From contig CBDUPA010000009.1 in the NCBI GenBank assembly GCA_965368975.1, positions 199,867-263,866 of the forward strand: DNA of 64,000 bases, in the 5' to 3' direction. This document shows positions 8,979 through 21,465 of this stretch, one piece after another; position 1 is the stretch's first letter; every line of letters starts with the position of its first letter. The notes beneath the pieces were generated by a model. It made no database searches. It was not told the DNA's origin and was given only the letters and a program-made list of their open reading frames with translations. This DNA comes from an uncultured bacterium (GTDB lineage Bacteria; Acidobacteriota; Thermoanaerobaculia; Multivoradales; JAHZIX01). Made by a program: the position numbers and the translations under genes.

Positions 8979-11510
8979 TCAGTTCACGCTATCGACGTCA
9001 TCTATCTCTGTCGTTGCAGCTGCGTCGTCGCCGTCCTCGGCTTCGTCGTAGCCGTCCTCGGGCTCGTCTTGCTCGTCCAGGCGAGCCATCGACACGAGCA
9101 CATCGTCGCCCTCGACATCCATGATCTTGACGCCCTGAGTGGCACGGCCGATGACTCTCACGCTGACGACACTGATGCGAATGATCTTGCCCTCACGGGT
9201 GATCAGGATCATGCCGTGCTCGTCGGTCACCTGGCGGGCACCAATCACCTCGCCGGTCTTGTCGCTGACCTTGAGGTTGATCAGACCGAGACCGCCGCGG
9301 CCCTGGATGCGGTACTCGGCCAGCGGCGTGCGCTTGCCGTAGCCCTTCTCACTCACCGTCAGGATCGAGGCTTCGCTGCGCAGGACTTCCATCGAGACAA
9401 CTCGATCGCCATCGCGCAGGTTGATGCCGCGCACACCGCGAGTGTTGCGGCCCGTCGGCCGGACGTCCGTTTCTTCAAAGCGAATGGCGAAGCCGTGCGC
9501 GGTCGCCAGGAACGCCTGTTGCTCGGGCTCCACGACCTCGACGCTGAGCAGGCGGTCGCCTTCCACCAGATCGATCGCGATGATGCCACCGCTACGCGGG
9601 TTGCCGTAGGCGGCCAGCGAGGTCTTCTTGACCAGACCCTGCTCGGTGGCAAACAGCAAGTAGCGCAGCTCGTCGAAGTTGCGCACGGCAACGGTGGTGG
9701 CAATCTCGTCGCTGGTTTCCATTTCCAGCAGATTGACGATCGCTTTGCCCTTCGATGCCGGACTCAGTTCGGGGATCTCCCACACCTTGAGCCAGTGCAC
9801 ACGGCCACTCTGCGTAAACACCAGGATATAGCTGTGCGCCGAGGCGACGTAGAGATGCTCGACGAAGTCGTCGTCGCGCATCACCATACCGGTACGGCCC
9901 TTGCCGCCGCGGTGCTGAGCTCGGTAGAGAGCCAGCGGTGAGCGCTTGATGTAGCCGCTGCGCGTCACCGTGATCACCATATCCTCGTCGGCGATCATGT
10001 CTTCAACATTGATGTCGCCAATCTCGGGCTCGATGCCCGTGCGCCGTTCGTCGGCATAGGCTTCGCGAATCTGGTGCAGTTCCTGGCGGATCTCTTCGAG
10101 CAGCAAGTCGTCGGAGGCGAGGATAGCGCGTAGGCGCTCGATCAGCGCCATCACCTCGCGGTACTCCTCGATCACCTTCTCGCGCTCGAGGCCGGTGAGC
10201 TTCTGCAGCCGCATGTCGAGGATCGCCTGCGCCTGCACTTCGCTGAGAGCAAAGCCGCTCATCAGGCGTTCGCGTGCTTCCTGCGGTGTGCGGCTGGCAC
10301 GGATGGTGGCGATGATCGCGTCGAGTTCGTCGAGCGCCTTGAGGATACCCTCGAGGATGTGCGCTCGTTGCTCGGCCTTGCGCAGGTCGTAGCGGGTACG
10401 GCGGATCACCACCGAGCGGCGGTGGTTCAGGAAGTGACCCAGGATTTCCTTCAGCGTCATCAAGCGCGGCTGATTGTCGACGATCGCCAGCAGGTTCATT
10501 CCGAACGACGTCTGCAGCTGCGTCAGCTTGAACAGCGTGTTGAGGATCACTTCCGGTACCACGCCCTTGCGCAGCTCGATCACCATGCGAATCCCGTTGC
10601 GGTCGCTCTCGTCGCGCAAGTCGGTGATGCCGTCGATGCGCTTTTCGCGCACCAGCTCGGCCATCTTCTCGAGCAATCTCGCCTTGTTCACCTGGTAGGG
10701 GAGCTGGTGCACAAGGATCACCGCTTTATCGGTCTTCGGGTTGACCTTGATGCTCGCCCGCGCCCGCACCTTGATGGTGCCGCGACCCGTCGTGTAGGCG
10801 GAATGGATCCCTGCCATGCCGTGGATCACGCCGGCAGTAGGGAAGTCCGGTCCGGGGATGATCTCCATCAATTCCTGAATGGTCGCGTCCGGCCGCTCGA
10901 TCAGTAGCAGCACGGCGTCGATGACTTCACCCAGATTGTGCGGCGGAATGTTGGTCGCCATGCCCACCGCGATACCGGTCGAACCGTTGACCAGCAAGTT
11001 CGGCACGCGTGCCGGCAGCACCTGCGGTTCCATCTCGGAACCGTCGTAGTTGGGCACCCAATCGACGGTCTCTTTGTCGATGTCCTCGCGCAGCATCTCC
11101 TCGGCCAGGCGCGTCAGTCGCACCTCCGTGTAGCGCATCGCCGCTGGGTTGTCGCCGTCGAGCGAACCGAAGTTGCCCTGGCCATCGACCAGCGGATAGC
11201 GCATGGAGAAATCTTGCGCCAAGCGCACCACGGTGTCGTAGATCGCCGAGTCACCGTGCGGGTGATATTTGCCCATCACATCACCGACGATGCGCGCCGA
11301 CTTTTTGTAGGCGCGGTTCGACAGATTGCCGCTCTCCCACATGCCGTAGAGCACGCGCCGGTGCACCGGCTTGAGCCCGTCGCGCACGTCGGGAAGCGCA
11401 CGGCCGATGATCACGCTCATGGCGTAATCGATATAACTGCGCTTCATTTCCTCTTCGATGTCGACCGGAATCGGCATCTCGGAGAAGACTGTCTCGTCTT
11501 GATCGCTCAT
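8979..11510 (-). CDS. gyrA: DNA gyrase subunit A
   Basis: [33 protein letters not shown], GyrA-box QHRGGKG. Confidence 0.98.
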   Translation of the reverse strand: MSDQDETVFSEMPIPVDIEEEMKRSYIDYAMSVIIGRALPDVRDGLKPVHRRVLYGMWESGNLSNRAYKKSARIVGDVMGKYHPHGDSAIYDTVVRLAQDFSMRYPLVDGQGNFGSLDGDNPAAMRYTEVRLTRLAEEMLREDIDKETVDWVPNYDGSEMEPQVLPARVPNLLVNGSTGIAVGMATNIPPHNLGEVIDAVLLLIERPDATIQELMEIIPGPDFPTAGVIHGMAGIHSAYTTGRGTIKVRARASIKVNPKTDKAVILVHQLPYQVNKARLLEKMAELVREKRIDGITDLRDESDRNGIRMVIELRKGVVPEVILNTLFKLTQLQTSFGMNLLAIVDNQPRLMTLKEILGHFLNHRRSVVIRRTRYDLRKAEQRAHILEGILKALDELDAIIATIRASRTPQEARERLMSGFALSEVQAQAILDMRLQKLTGLEREKVIEEYREVMALIERLRAILASDDLLLEEIRQELHQIREAYADERRTGIEPEIGDINVEDMIADEDMVITVTRSGYIKRSPLALYRAQHRGGKGRTGMVMRDDDFVEHLYVASAHSYILVFTQSGRVHWLKVWEIPELSPASKGKAIVNLLEMETSDEIATTVAVRNFDELRYLLFATEQGLVKKTSLAAYGNPRSGGIIAIDLVEGDRLLSVEVVEPEQQAFLATAHGFAIRFEETDVRPTGRNTRGVRGINLRDGDRVVSMEVLRSEASILTVSEKGYGKRTPLAEYRIQGRGGLGLINLKVSDKTGEVIGARQVTDEHGMILITREGKIIRISVVSVRVIGRATQGVKIMDVEGDDVLVSMARLDEQDEPEDGYDEAEDGDDAAATTEIDDVDSVN

Positions 11511-11541
11511 GTAGGGTGCTTGAGAGAGAGAAGGCTAGCCG

Positions 11542-14157
<2,616 letters not shown>

Positions 14158-14216
14158 TTACAGCGCTTCGTTACGCGTCGTGATGACGGCCTTGATGACC
14201 GGCTGACAACCCCCGA

Positions 14217-14225
14217 ATTGTAACA
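14217..14225 (-). promoter_or_regulatory. Putative extended -10 promoter of gyrB
   Basis: TGtTACAAT on minus strand between the recF stop and gyrB. Confidence 0.5.
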
Positions 14226-14236
14226 CATTCGTGCAC

Positions 14237-15376
14237 TTAGGCGGCCTGCAGTCGGCCTCCTTGCAGCCGCCAGCGAGCCTGCACGGCGACGCCCTCCCAG
14301 ACCTCGGGGCGGTTGGAGCTGGCCAGCAGCTGCGGTACCCGCTCGAAGGCCGGCCAGAGGGCGCGCAGCGTCGCGGCGGAGAGTTCCGTATCCGCATCGT
14401 CGAGCAAGACCAGCGGTGGCCGTCCAGCCTGGCTCAGCACGCGCCCGTGGGCGGCCAAGACGGCGAGGCCGACAGCCTTGCGCTCCCCGGCCGAAGCCGT
14501 CCTCTTGAGTTCCTGCGGTGCCACCTCGCCACCACCCCACAACACCGCCAGGTCGTCGCGCTGCGGTCCCAGTAGAGGTACCCGGCGCTGGCGCTCGCGC
14601 GCCTCGATCCGCCGCAATCGCTCCAGCAGCTCCCCGGCGTCGCCGCTGCCCTCGCGCGGTGAAGGCCTGTACTGCAACCGCACCGTCGGCAACTGCAGCG
14701 TGGTATCCGCAAAGACCCCCTCCAAGGAACTCGCGAGCCGCTCCACGAAGTGCCCACGCAACCGCACCAGTTCGGCACCGGCGGTGGCCAATACCTGGTT
14801 CCAGGAATCCAACTCCGAGGCACCCCGCTGCAAGGCCTCACGCTTCTGTTGAAGCGCCCGGCGGAAGCGCGACAATACAGCGATGGCGGACGGCTGTAGC
14901 CCCACGACACCGCGGTCGAGCAACCGGCGCCGCAAGCCAGGAACACCGGTCAACAACTCGGCATCTTCGCGTGTCCAGGCGACCACGGGCAGAACCGAGA
15001 GGTACTCGATCAACGGCACGGTCTTGCCGTTGACCCAGCGCTGCAGGCCGGGCTTGAGCACCGACACATCCCCCGTTGCCGGCGGCGTCGAGAAGTGGCT
15101 CTTCGAAGCTGCGTGCCCCCACGTCATGGAAAGCATCGCCCGACGCTCGCCCTCGACCTCGCCGCGCAGCAGGAAGCCCGCACTGCCGTGACGCGGACAA
15201 TCTGCCAGCTGGCCGGTGCGCAGGCTACGGCCCGTAGCCAGGACGTAGACCGCTTCCAACAAGCTGGTCTTGCCGGCACCGTTGTCGCCCAGGATCAGCT
15301 GGCAGCCATCAGCAGGCTGCCAGTCCAGCGGCTCGAGGTTACGAAAGTCCCGTGCCCGCAGCCGCGCCAGTCGCAG
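14237..15376 (-). CDS. recF: DNA replication/repair protein RecF
   Basis: LRLARLRARDFRNL, GDNGAGKTSLLEA, GPQRDDL, ASAGERK, LLDD; position between dnaN and gyrB; start uncertain (CTG 15376 or GTG 15490). Confidence 0.9.
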   Translation of the reverse strand: MRLARLRARDFRNLEPLDWQPADGCQLILGDNGAGKTSLLEAVYVLATGRSLRTGQLADCPRHGSAGFLLRGEVEGERRAMLSMTWGHAASKSHFSTPPATGDVSVLKPGLQRWVNGKTVPLIEYLSVLPVVAWTREDAELLTGVPGLRRRLLDRGVVGLQPSAIAVLSRFRRALQQKREALQRGASELDSWNQVLATAGAELVRLRGHFVERLASSLEGVFADTTLQLPTVRLQYRPSPREGSGDAGELLERLRRIEARERQRRVPLLGPQRDDLAVLWGGGEVAPQELKRTASAGERKAVGLAVLAAHGRVLSQAGRPPLVLLDDADTELSAATLRALWPAFERVPQLLASSNRPEVWEGVAVQARWRLQGGRLQAA

Positions 15377-15462
15377 TGTAGGTCGAACTGGCGGTCGCGC
15401 TGGCGATGGAACCGAGCCGAGCTCGGTGTTCGCGGGCGTCTCCGAAGTCCGTGACGGGGACT

Positions 15463-16557
15463 TCAGATGCGCATCGGCATGATCACGCACAGGTAGCGCT
15501 TGTCCTGGCCGTCGACGGGGAAGCCGACGCACTGGCTGTCCTCGTCCTTCAGCTCGAGACGGACCTGCTCGGTCTCCAAAGCGCTCAGGAACTGGCTCAG
15601 GTAGTCCGGGTTGACGCCGATCTGGAAGGTCTCTTCGTCGTAGTCGCACGGGATCGACTCGACCGCTTCGCCGAGATCCGGATTGGCGGCGGAAATCACC
15701 AGCTGCTGCGGCTCGATCTGCATGCGTACGCCCCGGGCCCGGTCACCGGTCAGCAGCGCGACGCGCTGCACCGCTTCGTGCAAGTGCTTGCAGTCGAACA
15801 CCAGCTTCTTGTCGTTGTCGCGCGCGATCACCCGTTCGTAATCCGGGAAAGTGCCTTCGAGGATGCGGCAAATCAGCTCGCGGCGGCCGAGACGGAAGCT
15901 CAGGTGGTGCTCACTGCGCCGGTAGTGCACCTCGCCTTGACCATCGAAGCGCTGCAGTTCCTGCAGTGCTTTGCGTGGCACCAGAACCGCATCGTCTTCG
16001 ATACCGCCTTCGAGCTCGTTCTCCACCACCGCCAGGCGATGGCCGTCAGTGGCGACCAACTCGAACGAGCCCGTCTTGAGCTTCAGCAACGCACCGTTGA
16101 GTTGGAAGCGAGACTCGTCCGCTGAGACCGCAAACAGCACCTTGGCAATCATTGCCCGCAAATGGGCGAACGGAATGTCCACCGCGCCATCGGTCTCGAC
16201 ATCGGGCAACGTCGGGAAATCTTCGGACGGTAGACCGTGGATCTTGAAGCGGCTCGAACCCGCCTTGATCGTCAAGTCGCGATCCCCTAGCTGCAGATGC
16301 ACCTCGTCGCCGACCAGCGAACGGATGATCTCCATGAACTTGCGAGCCTGCACCGCGATGCCGCCTTCCTGCGCGACCTCGGCTTGGCACCAAGAGGTGA
16401 GCGAGACGTCCAGGTCGGTGGCAGCCAGGTGCAGTCGATCCTCGCGTGCTGTCAGCAGCAGGTGTGAAAGCACCGGGATCGTACTCTTGCGCTCCACGAT
16501 GCCCTGCATGGGGGCCAGCTCGGTGAGGAATTCGGCGCGGTTGACTCGGATCTCCAT
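15463..16557 (-). CDS. dnaN: DNA polymerase III beta sliding clamp
   Basis: TIPVLS, ATDLD, VATDGHRL, FPDYERVI, C-terminal VIMPMRI. Confidence 0.98.
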   Translation of the reverse strand: MEIRVNRAEFLTELAPMQGIVERKSTIPVLSHLLLTAREDRLHLAATDLDVSLTSWCQAEVAQEGGIAVQARKFMEIIRSLVGDEVHLQLGDRDLTIKAGSSRFKIHGLPSEDFPTLPDVETDGAVDIPFAHLRAMIAKVLFAVSADESRFQLNGALLKLKTGSFELVATDGHRLAVVENELEGGIEDDAVLVPRKALQELQRFDGQGEVHYRRSEHHLSFRLGRRELICRILEGTFPDYERVIARDNDKKLVFDCKHLHEAVQRVALLTGDRARGVRMQIEPQQLVISAANPDLGEAVESIPCDYDEETFQIGVNPDYLSQFLSALETEQVRLELKDEDSQCVGFPVDGQDKRYLCVIMPMRI

Positions 16558-16585
16558 GGTCTCCTCTTAATTCTCCAGATAGGTG

Positions 16586-16834
16586 GAAATATATATCACA
16601 GGAGTAGTCGTAGTAAGGCCTGTGGAAGTGTGGATAAGTGGCATAAACCACTGCTAGGTATGTGTTTAGAGGATCCGCAGACAACAGGACTTCGCCTGTG
16701 GAAGGACTGTGCTTCGAAGGTGGAAGACGGACAATCAGCGGCGGAGAGTGAGATCTCCGCAGCACGGGGCACAACTTGTGGAGGGGGTTTTCAGGACCTT
16801 TTCCACAGAGCTAGTCCACAGGGCTGAGTCCACA
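16586..16834. other. Replication origin oriC (unwinding region: DnaA boxes, DnaA-trios, AT-rich tract)
   Basis: Perfect box TGTGGATAA 16629-16637, adjacent box 16621-16629, GGCC, trios TAG-TCG-TAG-TAA 16605-16616, AT tract 16587-16596; further box-like sites at 16697, 16777, 16799, 16812, 16826. Confidence 0.9.
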
Positions 16835-16898
16835 GGATTGTGTCCAGAGGGTCGACCTTCCTCTGGCAAAGGACTCACAGACCCATCTGGAGATGGGG

Positions 16899-18569
16899 CT
16901 AGACCGAGAAATGCTCTTGGATGCTCTGCAGGGTGTTGGCCAAATCGCCGTCGTCGGTGCGCAGCTTCTCGATGTCCTTGACCGCGGAGATGACGGTGGA
17001 GTGATGCTTGTCGTTGAACAGGCGGCCAATCTCAGGGTAGGAGAGGTCGGTGAGGCTGCGCAGCAGGAACATCGCTACCTTGCGAGGGAAGACGATCTGG
17101 CGCGAGTTTGTGCGGCTCTTGATCTCACTCACCTTGAGGCCATAGTGGCGCGCCACCGCCTTGATGATCTCGGCAGCGTTGGTACGGCTGTCCTGATTGG
17201 GCAGGATGTCTTTGAGCGTTTCCTTGGCCAGGTCGACCGACAGAGGGCGTGCGGTGAGCGAGGCGAAGGCCATGACGCGTGTCAGCAGGCCTTCGAGTTC
17301 GCGGATGTTGGAGCGTACCTGGCGTGCGATGAAGAGTGCGACTTCATCAGGCAAGTCGATGGCTTCGAGATCTGCCTTACGGCGTAGGATTGCGACCTTG
17401 GTTTCGAGATCCGGAGGTTGGATATCGGTGATCAGGCCCCACTCGAAGCGGCTGCGTAGGCGTTCTTCCAGCATGGGGATCTTGCGCGGCGAAGAATCGG
17501 ACGAGAGGATGATCTGCTTCTGGTTGGTGTAGAGGGTGTTGAAAGTGTGGAAGAACTCTTCCTGGGTCCGCTCCTTGTTGCTGATGAACTGGATGTCGTC
17601 GATCAGCAGAACGTCGATGTTCCGGTAGCGGTCGCGGAAATCGGGCATGCGGTCGAAGCGGATCGAGTTGATCAACTCGTTGACGAAGTGCTCGGCGGGT
17701 AGGTAGCTGACACGCACGCCCGGATCTTTGCGTAGGATCTCGTGGCAGATGGCGTGCAGCAAATGGGTCTTGCCGAGGCCGACACCGCCATAGAGGAACA
17801 GTGGGTTGTAACTCTGGCCCGGTGCATCGGCCACCGCCAGCGCGGCAGCATTGGCGAACTGGTTGGAGTTGCCGACGACGAAGGTGTCGAAGGTGTACTT
17901 CTGGTTCAGTGGCAAGGCGCGAGTGATCTGGTCGTGACCGCGGCCGCTGTTGCCGTGCACGGGGCCCTGTGCACCGTCCAAAGGGGCTGTTGATTTCACC
18001 TTTGTCGACCGTGCATCTGCCAGCATCTCACTTCGTCGGGTATCGCTGTCTTGTCGGCTCATCGTTCGCGTTGGCTCGAGGGTATCTATAGCTGCTGACA
18101 AGGGTAGCGGCAATTGGTTCTTTTTTCGAGATGCTGGCACCAGAGATGGCCGCGTAGCCGGCGGCTCTGGGGCTGCCGGCCGTTCGTTCGGTGTCGGTAG
18201 CGTGATCCGCCGGGCGGCACTGCGGGCAGAATCGACGACTTGCAGAGCGGTTGGCTGTCTTGGAGCAGCTAGCTGTCTTGGAGTCGGGCGGCCCGCCTTG
18301 GTGGGCTCCTGCGTCTGCCGGGCCGGCACCGCGCCGGCGAGGGAGAAGAGCACTCGGTAGTGAGGACCTTCGAGCGCTGCTACCACGGCGTCGACGGTGC
18401 GCCGGTAGCCTTCCTCGAGAGCATGGAGGAAGCGCGCGTTGGGCACTGTCAGTACCAACTGCTCGCGGCTCTCGGAAACCACCTTCAAGGGGTGGAACCA
18501 ACGAGCGAACTCTTCGGGCTCCAGGAGTTCCCGGAGCTGCTGCTGCAACTGCATCCAAGTCGTGGGCAT
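16899..18569 (-). CDS. dnaA: Chromosomal replication initiator DnaA (long domain II)
   Basis: YTFDTFVVG, YNPLFLYGGVGLGKTHL, LLIDDIQF, RLRSRFEWG, HHSTV. Confidence 0.98.
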   Translation of the reverse strand: MPTTWMQLQQQLRELLEPEEFARWFHPLKVVSESREQLVLTVPNARFLHALEEGYRRTVDAVVAALEGPHYRVLFSLAGAVPARQTQEPTKAGRPTPRQLAAPRQPTALQVVDSARSAARRITLPTPNERPAAPEPPATRPSLVPASRKKNQLPLPLSAAIDTLEPTRTMSRQDSDTRRSEMLADARSTKVKSTAPLDGAQGPVHGNSGRGHDQITRALPLNQKYTFDTFVVGNSNQFANAAALAVADAPGQSYNPLFLYGGVGLGKTHLLHAICHEILRKDPGVRVSYLPAEHFVNELINSIRFDRMPDFRDRYRNIDVLLIDDIQFISNKERTQEEFFHTFNTLYTNQKQIILSSDSSPRKIPMLEERLRSRFEWGLITDIQPPDLETKVAILRRKADLEAIDLPDEVALFIARQVRSNIRELEGLLTRVMAFASLTARPLSVDLAKETLKDILPNQDSRTNAAEIIKAVARHYGLKVSEIKSRTNSRQIVFPRKVAMFLLRSLTDLSYPEIGRLFNDKHHSTVISAVKDIEKLRTDDGDLANTLQSIQEHFSV

Positions 18570-18612
18570 CGTCGATCTGGTTCGCTTCTATCCGTAGCGT
18601 CAGTGCGTCGCC

Positions 18613-18701
18613 TGTGGAGTTTATTGTGGAAAACCTGCGGTCTTCGTTCCAAAGGCACTCAAACAGCGTGAATCAACAAGTTTTCCACAGGCTGTGGAAA
18701 A
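18613..18701. promoter_or_regulatory. DnaA-box cluster upstream of dnaA
   Basis: TGTGGAGTT 18613, TGTGGAAAA 18625, TTTTCCACA 18681, TGTGGAAAA 18693. Confidence 0.8.
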
Positions 18702-18748
18702 CCTTCTTGCGCTTTTGGAGCGAGTTTCGTCAGCTCCGGGAAACCCAA

Positions 18749-18777
18749 ATACTACCATCGACGCCGGAACGTCACAA
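18749..18777 (-). promoter_or_regulatory. Putative sigma70 promoter of dnaA
   Basis: TTGTGA-N17-TAGTAT with TG extension on minus strand. Confidence 0.6.
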
Positions 18778-18805
18778 CCGGTTCATCTTCTCTTCGCCGG
18801 CCCTC

Positions 18806-18834
18806 TTGAAGTAGGCACATGGTTTGCATATGAT
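18806..18834 (+). promoter_or_regulatory. Sigma70-type promoter divergent from dnaA
   Basis: TTGAAG (18806-18811)-N17-TATGAT (18829-18834). Confidence 0.7.
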
Positions 18835-18840
18835 GCAGGC

Positions 18841-19043
18841 AACAAGCGGAAACAAACTCTGGGAGGTTCCGCCTACCGCCTGCATTGGCACACCTAGAAA
18901 AAGATCCTTAGAGATCCCTGCCATTGGACAGCTAGCCTTTTCCCCTGTACAGGGGTATATCCAAGACCAAGACCAACCATTTCTGGAACCTCCATTCTGC
19001 TTACTTCTTCGGCCGGCGCCTGACGCCGGCCGAAGTCGTTTCT
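18841..19043 (+). ncRNA. Candidate structured non-coding RNA (~200 nt), family unknown
   Basis: Lies between promoter and terminator; AAGCGGAA 18844 pairs with TTCTGCTT 18995; GGAGGTTCC 18862 pairs with GGAACCTCC 18985; lower GC than flanks; no convincing plus-strand ORF. Confidence 0.55.
19007..19043 (+). terminator. Putative intrinsic terminator
   Basis: Perfect 12-bp stem CTTCGGCCGGCG/CGCCGGCCGAAG, 5-nt loop, followed by TCGTTTCT (weak U-tract). Confidence 0.6.
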
Positions 19044-19248
19044 GCCCTGCTCCCTGCGGCTCCAGATTGGACTTGCAGCTGACCGGGCTTGGTCCCAAGC
19101 CGACTTGTGCCAGACTCAGACACCGTGGGAGGCAGTAGCTGTCAGCCACTTTGGCGCAAGAAGCTGGCGTCAAGGTGCCAATCCGGCGTACGGAGCGACG
19201 TCACCCACGACGGGATCGCCGGCGCCTTGGACTTCTGGAAACGGACTC

Positions 19249-20394
19249 TTGGTAGATCAACTGACCGATGAATCTCAGGCCGGTGCTTCCCTCTCCCGCC
19301 TGCTTCTAACCTGGTTCGACCGCCACGCTCGCGAGCTGCCGTGGCGTGTGGCGCCCGAGCAAGGCCCTCCCGACCCGTATCGCGTGTGGATCTCCGAGGT
19401 GATGCTGCAACAGACGCGGGTCGAGACGGTCCTGCCCTACTACCAGCGCTTCACCGAGCGCTTTCCCGATGTCGAGGCACTGGCGAGGGCCGACATCGAG
19501 GAAGTACTGGCGCTGTGGTCGGGACTGGGCTATTACCGACGGGCGCGGCAGATGCATGCTGCGGCACAGCTCCTGGTCGCAATGGCGCAGTTTCCGGCCG
19601 ATGCACGAAGCCTGCAAGAGCTGCCAGGCATAGGTCCGTACACGGCTGCCGCGGTAGCGAGTATCGCCTTCGGCGAGGTTGTCCCAGTGCTCGACGGCAA
19701 CGTCGAACGCGTGCTCAGCCGCCGTCTGGCCCTGGCTCACGAGATCAAGAGCAAGGCTGCCCGCGACGAGTTGTTGGCCGTGGCCCACGACCTGCTGGAT
19801 CCAGAGCGACCAGGCGACAGCAACCAGGCGTTGATGGAAATCGGTGCCACCATCTGCCTACCCCGGCGGCCACACTGCCTGCTGTGCCCTCTGGCGCCGG
19901 GGTGCCGGGGCCGCGGAGAGCCCGAACGCTATCCAGTCAAGAAGCCTCGGCGCGCGACACAGGTGGTCGTACGACTGGCGGCGCGAGTCGAGGCTGAAGG
20001 ACGTGTGCTGCTCTACCGGCGACCCGACGACAGCGACGTTTTGGCAGGTACCTGGGAGGTCCCCTGGGTCGATCTGGCTGTTGCCGACCCGGCAGCTGAA
20101 CCCACGGCCCCGGTACTCGAGGAAGCGGCACGGCAGCTGGCGCAGAAGTATGGCGGCCGTTGGCAACTCGTCCGCGCCCAGGGGCGCGTGCGCCACGCCA
20201 TCACCTTCCGAGCCTTGACCGTCTGGCGCTACCAGGCGCTCCTGGCCCCGACGCCGAGGACAGTGAGGGACAACATCGCGGACGCAGATCTACCAGCGGC
20301 GGAGGATCTCGCAGCAGGCTGGTTCAGCCTGCAGGAACTGACAGCTCTACCGCTCTCGTCCCTCGTACGCAAGCTTCTGACGCCCATCATCTGA
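19249..20394 (+). CDS. mutY: A/G-specific adenine glycosylase
   Basis: RELPWR, VWISEVMLQQT, WSGLGYYRRA, HhH LPGIGPYTA, C-X6-C-X2-C-X5-C cluster; TTG start is a guess. Confidence 0.95.
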   Translation: MVDQLTDESQAGASLSRLLLTWFDRHARELPWRVAPEQGPPDPYRVWISEVMLQQTRVETVLPYYQRFTERFPDVEALARADIEEVLALWSGLGYYRRARQMHAAAQLLVAMAQFPADARSLQELPGIGPYTAAAVASIAFGEVVPVLDGNVERVLSRRLALAHEIKSKAARDELLAVAHDLLDPERPGDSNQALMEIGATICLPRRPHCLLCPLAPGCRGRGEPERYPVKKPRRATQVVVRLAARVEAEGRVLLYRRPDDSDVLAGTWEVPWVDLAVADPAAEPTAPVLEEAARQLAQKYGGRWQLVRAQGRVRHAITFRALTVWRYQALLAPTPRTVRDNIADADLPAAEDLAAGWFSLQELTALPLSSLVRKLLTPII

Positions 20395-20423
20395 CCGGCA
20401 AGCTGCCCTTCGCGGCTGCAGGT

Positions 20424-21401
20424 TCAGCGCAGCTCGCCACCCGAGAACATGAACCAGGTGAAGAGCTTGTCATCGACCTCGCGCAGGCGCTTCGAGATCA
20501 ACCGGCACAGAATCTTGAGCAAGCGCGTCGAGGACAGGCGGTTGACGTCGATCAGGCCGCGCAGCACGTCCCGGGGAATCGACAGCAGCACCGCACCCTT
20601 GTCGTGGGCGGTGGCGGTGGCCGATCGGGGCTGCTCGTCGATCAAGGCCATTTCGCCGAAGTAGTCGCCGCGCTCCGCGAAGCCGAGTGCTTCCTCTCCA
20701 TCACCGATGTGCTTGCTGATGCGCACACGACCATCGAGCACGACGTACATCTTGTCGCCCAGATCGCCCTCACGGAAGACCACTTCCTCGGCGGCCACCT
20801 TGCGCTCGCGCGACAGCGACGACAGGAAGTTGATCTCCATGGTGGACAGCTTCTGTTCCTGGAACAGCTGTCTCTTGGCCCCGAGCTGCAACTGAAAGGA
20901 GCCCGTGTCGATCCGGCTCTCCAGGGTGTCGCCCCCGGCATTCGGATCTTCGCCTTTGGCGAACAGGTTGACCGCCTTGTCGTTGGCCGCACGCAGCTTA
21001 CGCGACAGGCTGTGCCAGAAAGCCCAGAAGAGTGCCGCTTCCAGGGGCATGTCTTGTTCGAGCAGTGGCCGGAGACGATCCGGTTCGAGGATCAGAAGAT
21101 CTGTCGACTCGGTGCTAAAGGCCTGACTCGAGCGTGGACCACCGTCGACGTAGCCGTTCTCGCCGAAGACCTCGCCGGGTCCCAGTTCCGCCAAGTGGTA
21201 CGGCCCGTAGGGGGTCGCGAGCTGGATGCTGATCTTGCCCCTGGCGACGATGTAGGCGGCGCGTGCCGCATCGTCTTTGTCGAAGATCTGAGTATCTTTC
21301 TTGAACGTTTCCACACTCACGTACTGCGACAAGATCAGCACTTGCTGATCCGTCAGATGAGAGAAGGCTTCCAGGCGGCGAAGGGTCTTTGCACTACTCA
21401 A
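20424..21401 (-). CDS. Tandem cyclic-nucleotide-binding domain protein
   Basis: Two cassettes GEVFGE...PRSS and GDYFGEMAL...PRSATA; no HTH; TTG 21401 start inferred. Confidence 0.85.
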   Translation of the reverse strand: MSSAKTLRRLEAFSHLTDQQVLILSQYVSVETFKKDTQIFDKDDAARAAYIVARGKISIQLATPYGPYHLAELGPGEVFGENGYVDGGPRSSQAFSTESTDLLILEPDRLRPLLEQDMPLEAALFWAFWHSLSRKLRAANDKAVNLFAKGEDPNAGGDTLESRIDTGSFQLQLGAKRQLFQEQKLSTMEINFLSSLSRERKVAAEEVVFREGDLGDKMYVVLDGRVRISKHIGDGEEALGFAERGDYFGEMALIDEQPRSATATAHDKGAVLLSIPRDVLRGLIDVNRLSSTRLLKILCRLISKRLREVDDKLFTWFMFSGGELR

Positions 21402-21465
21402 AACAGGGGCATTGTAACGTGCTTCTCCCAGCCAGGGGGAGCGCCGAGGGTCAATTTTGGCACAG

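Noticed and set aside
18841-19043. Calling the candidate RNA 6S (ssrS)
   Set aside because: Size and end-pairing fit, but I see no recognisable 6S conserved motifs; left unnamed pending a covariance-model search
18570-19248. rpmH/rnpA or the listed short ORFs upstream of dnaA
   Set aside because: No MKRT-type L34 or RnpA sequence; the ORFs overlap promoters and DnaA boxes and have atypical codons
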